64,000 bases of DNA, taken from contig OZ220696.1 in assembly GCA_965116495.1 (NCBI GenBank), forward strand, positions 768,001 through 832,000. The letters are read 5' to 3'. Shown here piece by piece: positions 40,773 through 48,696 of the stretch. The notes under the pieces were generated by a model. That model was given only the letters and a program-made list of their open reading frames with translations. It did no database searches and was not told where the DNA came from. The DNA is from Gammaproteobacteria bacterium (lineage in GTDB: Bacteria; Pseudomonadota; Gammaproteobacteria; Eutrophobiales; Eutrophobiaceae). Both the position numbers and the translations under genes were made by a program. Every line of letters begins with the position of its first letter. Within the stretch, counting starts at the first letter, position 1.

Positions 40773-42506
40773 TCAGTTCTTTATAATTCTGGGCAGCATC
40801 ATCTGGTGCCTGGGGCAGATGGAACGCGGGTTCTGGTAAGCTGCTCCTGCAAAAGCCGTAAGATAATTCCTTAATTGCGTCAGGTCCACCACCTCATCGA
40901 CCAGGCCATAACGCGCACAATACTCCGGACTTGAATTTTGCCGGTATTGTTCCGCCAGGGCATTCATCTTGTCGGCAACCTCATCCAGCGGCCTGCCGGC
41001 GTCTTTTTCCTTGACCGCACGCCTCGAGTACATGGCAACGGCTGCGGTCTCACCGTGCATGACAGCTATCTCCGTAGCCGGCGTGCCCAGCGTAAACGCA
41101 TTATGCCGGTTTGCCGTCGGGCCGCCCATCAGGTAGTGAGCCGCGGCCGTCCCCTTGCGCAGAACTACCAGCATCATCGGCAAGTCGGTCTGCTGTATGG
41201 AATAGATCAGGGATTGGCCCAACCCCAGCAGTTCGGCTTTTTCAGCCAGGTCTCCGACGTCGATACCCGAGGTGTCCTGAAACCAGATAACGGGGATACG
41301 GTCACGCCCGCAGTGGGTGACGAATTCGTTCATTTTGATCAGACCCTGGCGATACAGTTTCCCTCCAATACCGGGGTAATCGCCGTATTCCGGATAACCT
41401 TTACCCAGGTAACCGGATCGATTTCCTATACATCCAATTGCAAAACCGTCAAACCTGCATAAGCCCGTGTAGACCTCGGGCCCGTAGTCCGGACGGAATT
41501 CCATGTGTTCGCCGGCGTCCACCAGGCGGGCAAGTATATCGTCAAAGGAATACACCTCTTTCTGGTTAAAAGGCAACAGGTAGTAGAGGTCGTCGGCGGG
41601 ATAGGCCGGCGCGGTGGGTTCGGCAACCTGGAAAAAATGGGGTTTGTACGCAGGCATCGCCTCCATGTATTCCCTGATACCGTCCAGCACTTCCGTCTCT
41701 TCTTCATAGACTTCCGTAAAAAATCCGGTTTCGTCATAATGGGTCTCGGCCCGGCCGGGTGGTTTGGCGCTGAAAGAGCGGGTTTTTTCCACCAGTTCCT
41801 CAAGCATCCCGGCGCTGAATCCCCCTCTTGGCGCCATGCCGGAGACGATACCGACACCGCCTACGGCCATGTTGGCGTCCTTGTGGGCGAGCAGGATAGT
41901 AGGGCTGATGCCGTGATAACCCCCACCGGCGGGGTTTGTGCCGTAAATACCGGCGAGGACCGGCACCCCCAGTTGATTCAATTCTGCATGGCGAAAAAAC
42001 GTCGTGCCTGAACCGCGCCGGTTGGCATAGAACTTTTCCTGCTCATCCAGTTTTACTCCGCTGCAGTTGACCAGCCAGATCAGCGGAATATGGAGTCGTT
42101 TGGCCAGGTCGGTAACACGCAGAATATTCTCGGACTGGCCGGGCAACCAGGCGCCGGCCAACACCTTGTTGTCAAACCCGATCACAACCGCCCAGCGGCC
42201 GGCGACCCTGGCCAGGCCGTCAACCACGTTGGTTGCCCCGGTTGCGTTGTCCATCGGGTTGTAGAGACTGTGCAACGGTCGCCAGGTGCCCGGATCGATC
42301 AGGTATTCCAGGCGTTGCCGGACTGTCATGGCGCCGCGCTTGTTGATTTGTTCCGTGGTGAAACCCGCGTTCTCGACGTCTTTCCTGTGCTGATCAATTT
42401 CCGCCTCAACCTGTTTCAACTGTTCCATGCTTGCGGACGCACGCTTGATCCGGCCTTGCTTCAGTTCCTTGCCGAATCGCTGCATGTTCTCAAAATAAGG
42501 CTTCAT
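40773..42506 (-). CDS. gcdA: Glutaconyl-CoA decarboxylase alpha (carboxyltransferase) subunit
   Basis: MKPYFENM, DNKVLAGAW.PGQ, NCSGVK..EQEK.Y.NRRG.GT.FFR, GTNPAGGGY, GTAAAHY.MGGP, YQNP.SICP.HQM.LPR, as recalled for GcdA. Confidence 0.92.
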   Translation of the reverse strand: MKPYFENMQRFGKELKQGRIKRASASMEQLKQVEAEIDQHRKDVENAGFTTEQINKRGAMTVRQRLEYLIDPGTWRPLHSLYNPMDNATGATNVVDGLARVAGRWAVVIGFDNKVLAGAWLPGQSENILRVTDLAKRLHIPLIWLVNCSGVKLDEQEKFYANRRGSGTTFFRHAELNQLGVPVLAGIYGTNPAGGGYHGISPTILLAHKDANMAVGGVGIVSGMAPRGGFSAGMLEELVEKTRSFSAKPPGRAETHYDETGFFTEVYEEETEVLDGIREYMEAMPAYKPHFFQVAEPTAPAYPADDLYYLLPFNQKEVYSFDDILARLVDAGEHMEFRPDYGPEVYTGLCRFDGFAIGCIGNRSGYLGKGYPEYGDYPGIGGKLYRQGLIKMNEFVTHCGRDRIPVIWFQDTSGIDVGDLAEKAELLGLGQSLIYSIQQTDLPMMLVVLRKGTAAAHYLMGGPTANRHNAFTLGTPATEIAVMHGETAAVAMYSRRAVKEKDAGRPLDEVADKMNALAEQYRQNSSPEYCARYGLVDEVVDLTQLRNYLTAFAGAAYQNPRSICPRHQMMLPRIIKN

Positions 42507-42612
42507 CAGGCTTATTTCCTCAAAAAGAATCGAATGATGTCAAAACATAAGTGCCGGGTGAAGGCTTCACCCTTGCGGGTTGAATAGTGCAACACACTAT
42601 ACCACATCACAC

Positions 42613-42785
42613 AATTTGGGACACCCATAAATTGTGCGCTATCTGTAACGCAATCTGGGACACTCGCAAATTTATGTTGTCCTGATTTTCTAATTTATGG
42701 ATGTCCCAAATTAAGAAATATTCTAATTTATGGATGTCCCAAACTAAGAAATATTCTAATTTATGGGTGTCCCAAATTAAGAAAT
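42613..42785. repeat. Three tandem 33-bp palindromic units facing two inverted 21-bp cores
   Basis: TTCTAATTTATGG(A/G)TGTCCCAAA(T/C)TAAGAAAT(A) at 42688, 42721 and 42754; AATTTGGGACACCCATAAATT (42613-42633) is the exact reverse complement of the third core; a degenerate copy lies at 42652-42672. Confidence 0.92.
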
Positions 42786-42899
42786 CGAACGAGGCTGATG
42801 TCATTGATTCCAATTGGTGGTTTAATCTGTGCAATAGCGGCTATAATGTACTGGCAGTCCTGTGGCTGCCATAATAATCAATCAGATGGGATATCGTTC

Positions 42900-43298
42900 A
42901 TGCAAATTGTACTACCGTCCGGCTGGCCCCGTCCTCAAGGCTATTCCAACGGGGTTGCCGCGCGCGGCAAGCTGATCTTTGTCGCAGGACAGATTGGCTG
43001 GGATAGAGATAATATCTTAATCAGCGATAACCTGGCTGAACAGGTGCGCCAGACACTGAAAAATACAATTGCCGTACTGGCCGAGGCAGGTGCGGGACCT
43101 GAACATGTAACCAGGATGACCTGGTATATCCTGGACAAACAGGAGTATCGGGCTTGCTTAAAGGAAATAGGGGAAGCCTACCGGGAAGTCATGGGCAGGA
43201 ACTACCCGGCTATGGCCATGGTGCAGGTCACTGCATTGATTGAGGACCGGGCCCGGGTGGAAATTGAAACGACTGCAGTTCTACCCGATCAATCCTGA
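42900..43298 (+). CDS. RidA/YjgF family enamine/imine deaminase (abm-cluster type)
   Basis: LPSGWPRPQGYSNG, VAGQIGW, RMTWY, VEIETTAV; ATG 42900 preferred over the longer ORF start. Confidence 0.92.
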   Translation: MQIVLPSGWPRPQGYSNGVAARGKLIFVAGQIGWDRDNILISDNLAEQVRQTLKNTIAVLAEAGAGPEHVTRMTWYILDKQEYRACLKEIGEAYREVMGRNYPAMAMVQVTALIEDRARVEIETTAVLPDQS

Positions 43299-43753
43299 TG
43301 AAATCCGGCAACGAATCCAAGCATTCGTTGAGGGCCTGGCTTTACCTGATCAAGTGCTCGAAAAAACTCGACCAGATCATGTCGACCCGGCTGCGTCTTT
43401 ACCATCAGAGTTCCCTGACAAGATTTGACGTACTGGCACACCTGGACCTGGCAGGTGATGCAGGTTTGAGCACTTCGGTACTGGCCGGCAAGCTGCTGGC
43501 ATCAAAGGGGAATATTACCCGCTTGCTCGACAGGATGGAGCAGGACGAACTTATCGTCAGGCACCAGCATTCCGAAGACAAGCGTATCCACAGAATTTGC
43601 TTGTCCGAAAAAGGCGCCGAGGCGTTCAACCGGATGGCGCCGGACCATGAGCGCTGGACCCATGAAATACTGAGCGTGCTTGATTCCCGTGAACAGGCCG
43701 AACTGGTCCGGTTATTGAAAACAGTCAGGTCGCGACTGGAAGATGTCCTGTAA
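43298..43753 (+). CDS. MarR family regulator
   Basis: LRAWL, SLTRFDVLAHL, SKGNITRLLDRME, DKR wing motif. Confidence 0.92.
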   Translation: MKSGNESKHSLRAWLYLIKCSKKLDQIMSTRLRLYHQSSLTRFDVLAHLDLAGDAGLSTSVLAGKLLASKGNITRLLDRMEQDELIVRHQHSEDKRIHRICLSEKGAEAFNRMAPDHERWTHEILSVLDSREQAELVRLLKTVRSRLEDVL

Positions 43754-43779
43754 GGGATTGTGTCAGCGTAGTGTTGTAC

Positions 43780-43965
43780 TTAGCTGAATAACATACGTAA
43801 GTCAAGCAACAGCAGGGCTATGACCAGTCCCAACGTCAGTCTGCTCGTTATTTTCAACTCCGCCAGTGTAACCACTATCTCAGAATTGTCATTAGCTGCT
43901 TCTTTTGCCACTTGCTCATCCGCTCCGGCTGAAATTAACGCTCGATACAAGTTTGTTCCGTTCAT
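43780..43965 (-). CDS. Small head/coiled-coil/C-terminal membrane-anchor protein
   Basis: MNGTNLYRALISAGADEQVAKEAA...LTLGLVIALLLL; GGAG RBS before ATG 43965. Confidence 0.65.
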   Translation of the reverse strand: MNGTNLYRALISAGADEQVAKEAANDNSEIVVTLAELKITSRLTLGLVIALLLLDLRMLFS

Positions 43966-44138
43966 ATTTGACTCTCCGTAGAACATATCAAGTTTCCATT
44001 TTGTGTGTTTCTCAGGCCTGCATTGGAATCTAGTATTGAGTGGTCAGCATTGTCAAGTACTATGAAAAAAATATCAAAATGAGTGAAGTTTACATGTAAG
44101 ATAATCCCATTTACACTCCGGTAATTGGAACTGGTTAC

Positions 44139-46523
44139 ATGAACGATTTGAAGATAGTCTGTCTCGGCGGGGGACCGGCGTCACTGTATTTCTCCCTCCT
44201 GATGAAAAAAGCGCACTCCGGGCATGATATCACCGTGCTCGAACGCGGCCCCCGTGATGCTACCTGGGGCTTCGGCGTGGTTTTTTCCGACGATACGCTG
44301 CGCGGCTTCATGGAGGCGGATGCGCCCAGCTACAAACGTATCGTCGAGCAATTCGCCTACTGGGACAAGATTGAGACCCGCATGCACGGGACTAAAGTCG
44401 TCAGCGGCGGTCACGGGTTTTGCGGCATGTCGAGACTGAAGTTGCTTAATGCCCTGCATGACCGTTGTGTTGAACTGGGCGTGCTACTGAAGTTCAACAC
44501 CGATATCACCGATCTGGCGCAACTGGATATTGACAAATACGACCTGGTAGTTGCCGGAGACGGCATCACCTCCATGCTGCGTACTGCGTACGCGACGGAA
44601 TTCGGTACCAGGATGGACTGGCGCCCAAATCGCTTCTGCTGGCTGGCAACGACTTTGCCGTTGGACAGTTTCACCTTTATTTTTCGCGAAAACGAACACG
44701 GTTGGTGGTGGGTGCATGGCTATCGTTATGAAGAGGGGATGTCCACCTGGATCGTGGAATGCAGCCAGAAAACCTGGATCAACGCCGGCATGGATTCGTT
44801 CTCCGAGGATGATACCCGAACCTATATTGAAGAAGTGTTCAGGGAAGACCTGCAGGGGCATCCCATTATAACCAACCGGTCGCTATGGCGCGAATTCCCC
44901 GTGGTGACTAACGCCAGGCTGTATTACAAAAATATTGTCCTGCTCGGGGATGCCGGGCGTTCGGCCCACTTTTCCATCGGTTCCGGCACCAAGCTGGCCA
45001 TGGAAGACGCAATTACCCTGGCAGATTTTTTTCGACAGCAGGACTACCGGGTCAACGCCACCCTGGCTGCTTACCAGGAAGTGCGAAAACCTGAGGCAGA
45101 CCGGCTGCAACGCACCGCGGTGACCAGCCTGCGCTGGTTTGAGAACATTGATCACTACGCGCAGCAGGATGTGGAGCAATTCACCTTCAACATGATGGTG
45201 CGTTCCAAACGCGTCACTTACGAGAACCTCAGGCTGCGCGATCCCGCGTTTATTCAATCCATAGACAAGTGGTTTGCCGGATATACCCATACGCTGACGG
45301 GGTTTGACGATATCGATACGGACAACCCCGCGGCGCCGATGTTCCAGCCTTTCAGGATCGGCCGTATGCGCGTCGAAAACCGGGTCCAGCTTTCCGCCAT
45401 GTGCCAATATTGTGCGACGGACGGCCTTCCCGGCGAGTGGCACTTCGTCCATTACGGCGCCAGGGGAATAGGCGGCGCGGGCCTGGTCAGTACGGAAATG
45501 CTGTGCACATCGGCAGACGGGCGGATTACCCCCGGTTGTGCCGGGATATGGAACGATGAACAAACGGAACAATGGCGCCGTATTACCGCGTTCATCCATG
45601 CCCATAGCGAGGCGAAAGTATGCGGGCAAATCGGCCATGCCGGCCGTAAGGGAGCGACCTGTATTCCCTGGCGGGGCGGGATCGATCAGCCGCTCCCGGA
45701 CAACGCCTGGGAGACTATCGCACCGTCACCTCTGCCGTACCTGGAACACAGCCGCCTGCCGCGGGAAATGTCAAGGGAGGACATGGAAGGGGTGGAAGCG
45801 GATTTCGTGAATGCGACCGGGAATGCCGCAGATGCCGGGTTCGATATGCTGGAAGTGCACATGGCGCACGGCTATTTATTGTCTTCCTTTATCAGCCCTT
45901 ACACCAACCGGCGTACTGATGAATATGGCGGGGATATCGGCAACCGCGCCCGGTTTCCGTTGCGTATCCTGCGTGCGGTACGCCAGGCATGGCCGTCGGA
46001 ACGGCCCTTATCGGTGAGAATTTCGGCAACCGACTGGATCAGCGACGGCTTGTCCGGGGAGGATTTGTCCAAACTGGTTTTACTGCTGCAGGAAAACGGC
46101 GCCGACATCATCAATGTATCGACAGGACAGGTCGTCAGCCATGAGGAACCCGTCTACGGACGTATGTACCAGGCGCCATTTGCCGATCGGATCCGCAATG
46201 AACTGGGAATTTCGACCATGGTTGCCGGCAATATCAGCAGTGCAGACCAGGTCAACACCCTGGTCGCCGCAGGGCGGACCGACCTGGTTGCCCTGGCGCG
46301 CCCGATTATGAACGAGCCTCAATTCGTATTGAATGCTGCTGCCCGTTACGGTTACCGGGAGCAGCACTGGCCAGTGCAATACGAGGCGGGAAAATTCGCG
46401 GCGGAACTGAATGCCGCCAGGGAAAACCTGGAACAGGATGAACTGAGAAGCAACGCCAAACCACCGAATCCGCAGGAAATGCTGGCCATTGCCATAGCCC
46501 GCGGTGAGGTGTTATTGGATTGA
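44139..46523 (+). CDS. Bifunctional anthraniloyl-CoA monooxygenase/reductase (AbmA / salicylyl-CoA 5-hydroxylase family)
   Basis: N-terminal FAD monooxygenase (GGGPA, WGFGVVFSD, AHFSIGSGTKLAMED, RVTYENLRLRD) fused to an OYE-like domain (MCQY, HAGRKG, HMAHGYLLSSFISP). Confidence 0.92.
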   Translation: MNDLKIVCLGGGPASLYFSLLMKKAHSGHDITVLERGPRDATWGFGVVFSDDTLRGFMEADAPSYKRIVEQFAYWDKIETRMHGTKVVSGGHGFCGMSRLKLLNALHDRCVELGVLLKFNTDITDLAQLDIDKYDLVVAGDGITSMLRTAYATEFGTRMDWRPNRFCWLATTLPLDSFTFIFRENEHGWWWVHGYRYEEGMSTWIVECSQKTWINAGMDSFSEDDTRTYIEEVFREDLQGHPIITNRSLWREFPVVTNARLYYKNIVLLGDAGRSAHFSIGSGTKLAMEDAITLADFFRQQDYRVNATLAAYQEVRKPEADRLQRTAVTSLRWFENIDHYAQQDVEQFTFNMMVRSKRVTYENLRLRDPAFIQSIDKWFAGYTHTLTGFDDIDTDNPAAPMFQPFRIGRMRVENRVQLSAMCQYCATDGLPGEWHFVHYGARGIGGAGLVSTEMLCTSADGRITPGCAGIWNDEQTEQWRRITAFIHAHSEAKVCGQIGHAGRKGATCIPWRGGIDQPLPDNAWETIAPSPLPYLEHSRLPREMSREDMEGVEADFVNATGNAADAGFDMLEVHMAHGYLLSSFISPYTNRRTDEYGGDIGNRARFPLRILRAVRQAWPSERPLSVRISATDWISDGLSGEDLSKLVLLLQENGADIINVSTGQVVSHEEPVYGRMYQAPFADRIRNELGISTMVAGNISSADQVNTLVAAGRTDLVALARPIMNEPQFVLNAAARYGYREQHWPVQYEAGKFAAELNAARENLEQDELRSNAKPPNPQEMLAIAIARGEVLLD

Positions 46524-46583
46524 ACATGCGTTATAATTTACCGGGCATGTAACGACATGAAGGACAGGGTGGGAGAATCTAAG

Positions 46584-47906
46584 ATGACAAAATACACCGA
46601 TGAACAACTGGCCGGTTTGATCAGAAAAGATTGCGTCCATAGAAACGTCTATACCGATCCTGAAATCTTTGATCTTGAGATGGAACGCATCTGGACCAAA
46701 GCCTGGATCTACGTGGGCCATGACAGTCAGGTAAAACAGCCGGGCGACTATTTCGCCACCAGTATCGGCAGGCAGCCTGTCATCATGACCCGGCACAGCG
46801 ACGGAAAGGTTTACGTTCTGTTCAACCGCTGCAGCCACAAGGGCGCCCAGGTGGTAGGTGAGAGTTGCGGCCACATGCAGCAGTTACGCTGCAGCTACCA
46901 TGGTTACGTATTCGACACCGACGGCACCTTGATACATATCCCCCGGGAAGAAGCCTACGACGGCGCCGGGTTCGGCAAAGGCAAGGCGGAATCCAATATG
47001 CAGCGGGTACCGCGGGTGGACAGTTACCACGGCCTGGTATTCGCCAGCCTGTCTGCACAAGGTCCTGATCTGAAAACCTGGTTAAGTGGCGCCGCGGCAT
47101 CCATTGATAACCTGGTGGAACGCTCACCGGAAGGGCGTATTGAAATTGCCGGGGGCTGTTTCCGTTACCTGCATGATTCCAACTGGAAGATGTTTGTGGA
47201 AAACCTGAATGACGCCATGCACCCGATGGTCGTTCACCAGTCGTCCAGCGGTACTGCCAAACGGGTATTTGATGAACGCCTGAAAGAGGGGGACCCGGTA
47301 CCGTTCGAACTTGAGATGCTGGCGCCGTTCACCAACAACTACGAGTTCTTTGAAAAGATGGGGCTCACTGCCTGGGACAACGGTCACAGTGTCACCGGAG
47401 GCAAGTTCAGTATCCATTCAGCCTATTCACCCATTCCCGGCTACATGGATTCCCTGGTCGAAAAATATGGCGAGCAGAAGGCGCGGGAAATCCTAGCGGT
47501 AAACCGCCACAACACCGTGGTCTATCCCAGCTTTACCCTGAAGGGCGCAATCACCTCGATACGCGTGGTCAAACCTGTGGCCGTAGACAGAACCGTTATC
47601 GAATCCTGGGTGTTCAGACAGGTAGGAGCGCCGGAAGAACTGTTTCGACGTTCCATCACTTACTGCAACCTCATCAATTCCCATGCCAACCTGGTAGGCC
47701 CCGATGACTACGAAGCCTATCACCGCCTGCAATATGGCCTGCAGACACAGGATGATAACGAATGGGTAAGCCAGCACCGCTACCTGGACCAGGAAGAGCT
47801 GGAGGAAAATGGGACCAAGCATGCAGCAGGGACGTCCGATATGGTCTTTCGCCACCAGTATCAGACCTGGAAAAACTATATGGTCGACACCCGGCATGCA
47901 CAATGA
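46584..47906 (+). CDS. Rieske ring-hydroxylating oxygenase alpha subunit (IadD-like)
   Basis: NRCSH...CSYH Rieske motif; NWKMFVENLNDAMHPMVVH mononuclear Fe motif; GGGAG RBS before ATG 46584. Confidence 0.93.
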   Translation: MTKYTDEQLAGLIRKDCVHRNVYTDPEIFDLEMERIWTKAWIYVGHDSQVKQPGDYFATSIGRQPVIMTRHSDGKVYVLFNRCSHKGAQVVGESCGHMQQLRCSYHGYVFDTDGTLIHIPREEAYDGAGFGKGKAESNMQRVPRVDSYHGLVFASLSAQGPDLKTWLSGAAASIDNLVERSPEGRIEIAGGCFRYLHDSNWKMFVENLNDAMHPMVVHQSSSGTAKRVFDERLKEGDPVPFELEMLAPFTNNYEFFEKMGLTAWDNGHSVTGGKFSIHSAYSPIPGYMDSLVEKYGEQKAREILAVNRHNTVVYPSFTLKGAITSIRVVKPVAVDRTVIESWVFRQVGAPEELFRRSITYCNLINSHANLVGPDDYEAYHRLQYGLQTQDDNEWVSQHRYLDQEELEENGTKHAAGTSDMVFRHQYQTWKNYMVDTRHAQ

Positions 47907-48396
47907 ACAAACGGGCAACCCGCCCGACATCAAATCGATTGAGCAGTTCCTGTACCATGAAGCGCGCCTGCTGGATGAGCAACGCTGGGAAGAATGGAAC
48001 GCCCTGTACCTGGACGATGCCGAATACTGGGTACCGGCGGCACCGGACCAGCCGGATCCGCACAACCATGTCTCCCTGATCTATGAGACCGGGCTGCTCA
48101 GGGCTGTGCGTATCAAACGCTATAAACACCCGAATGCATTTTCCCTGCAGCCCAGGCCGCGCAGTGTGCACCTGATAAACAATATCATCCTGGACAAGTT
48201 TGATGCGGACAGCGGGGAGTGCAGCGTCAATTCTCGTTTTGTCATGCTGCAGTACCGCCGTGAAAAACAGGATGTATTCGCCGGGTCCTGCAATCACAGG
48301 CTGCGCATAGAGGGAGACGAATTCAGGATCGCGGGCAAGCGCGTAGACCTGCTCAACTGCGATGCGCCGCTGGAAAATATACTTATCTACCTGTAA
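47896..48396 (+). CDS. Ring-hydroxylating oxygenase beta subunit (IadE-like)
   Basis: QFLYHEARLLDEQRWEEW...YWVP...KRVDLLNCD. Confidence 0.93.
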   Translation: MHNEQTGNPPDIKSIEQFLYHEARLLDEQRWEEWNALYLDDAEYWVPAAPDQPDPHNHVSLIYETGLLRAVRIKRYKHPNAFSLQPRPRSVHLINNIILDKFDADSGECSVNSRFVMLQYRREKQDVFAGSCNHRLRIEGDEFRIAGKRVDLLNCDAPLENILIYL

Positions 48397-48696
48397 ATGC
48401 CGCCAGGACGTACTAAATCCATCACCTCCGCCGCCTATCTGAAATTCGGGCACACCCACAGCGGATTGTCGCGGCGGCTGCTCATTGTGCTGATCGCCCT
48501 GGTGCTGGGGTTTGATTTTCTCTGTGTTTACGCAGCTGAATTCATGGGTGCGCCCCTGTCAGAAGGCAGTGTCGTGTCAATCGGCATCGCTATTGCACTG
48601 CTCATTATCCTGTTCATTCTTACTGCTGCCCTGTACTACGTCCGGCGGATCAATACGGCATACCTCGAAATGCATAAATCCCCGGATGAAGACTGA
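48397..48696 (+). CDS. DUF485/YjcH-like small membrane partner of the symporter
   Basis: Two TM segments and C-terminal YYVRRIN; directly upstream of an ActP-like gene. Confidence 0.8.
   Translation: MPPGRTKSITSAAYLKFGHTHSGLSRRLLIVLIALVLGFDFLCVYAAEFMGAPLSEGSVVSIGIAIALLIILFILTAALYYVRRINTAYLEMHKSPDED

Noticed and set aside
42613-42785. Possible CRISPR array
   Set aside because: The 33-bp units are directly adjacent with no unique spacers, and no cas genes are present.
42607-42834. 75-aa ORF with WDIHKLEYFL repeats
   Set aside because: It is the translation of the 33-bp tandem repeat; no independent coding evidence.
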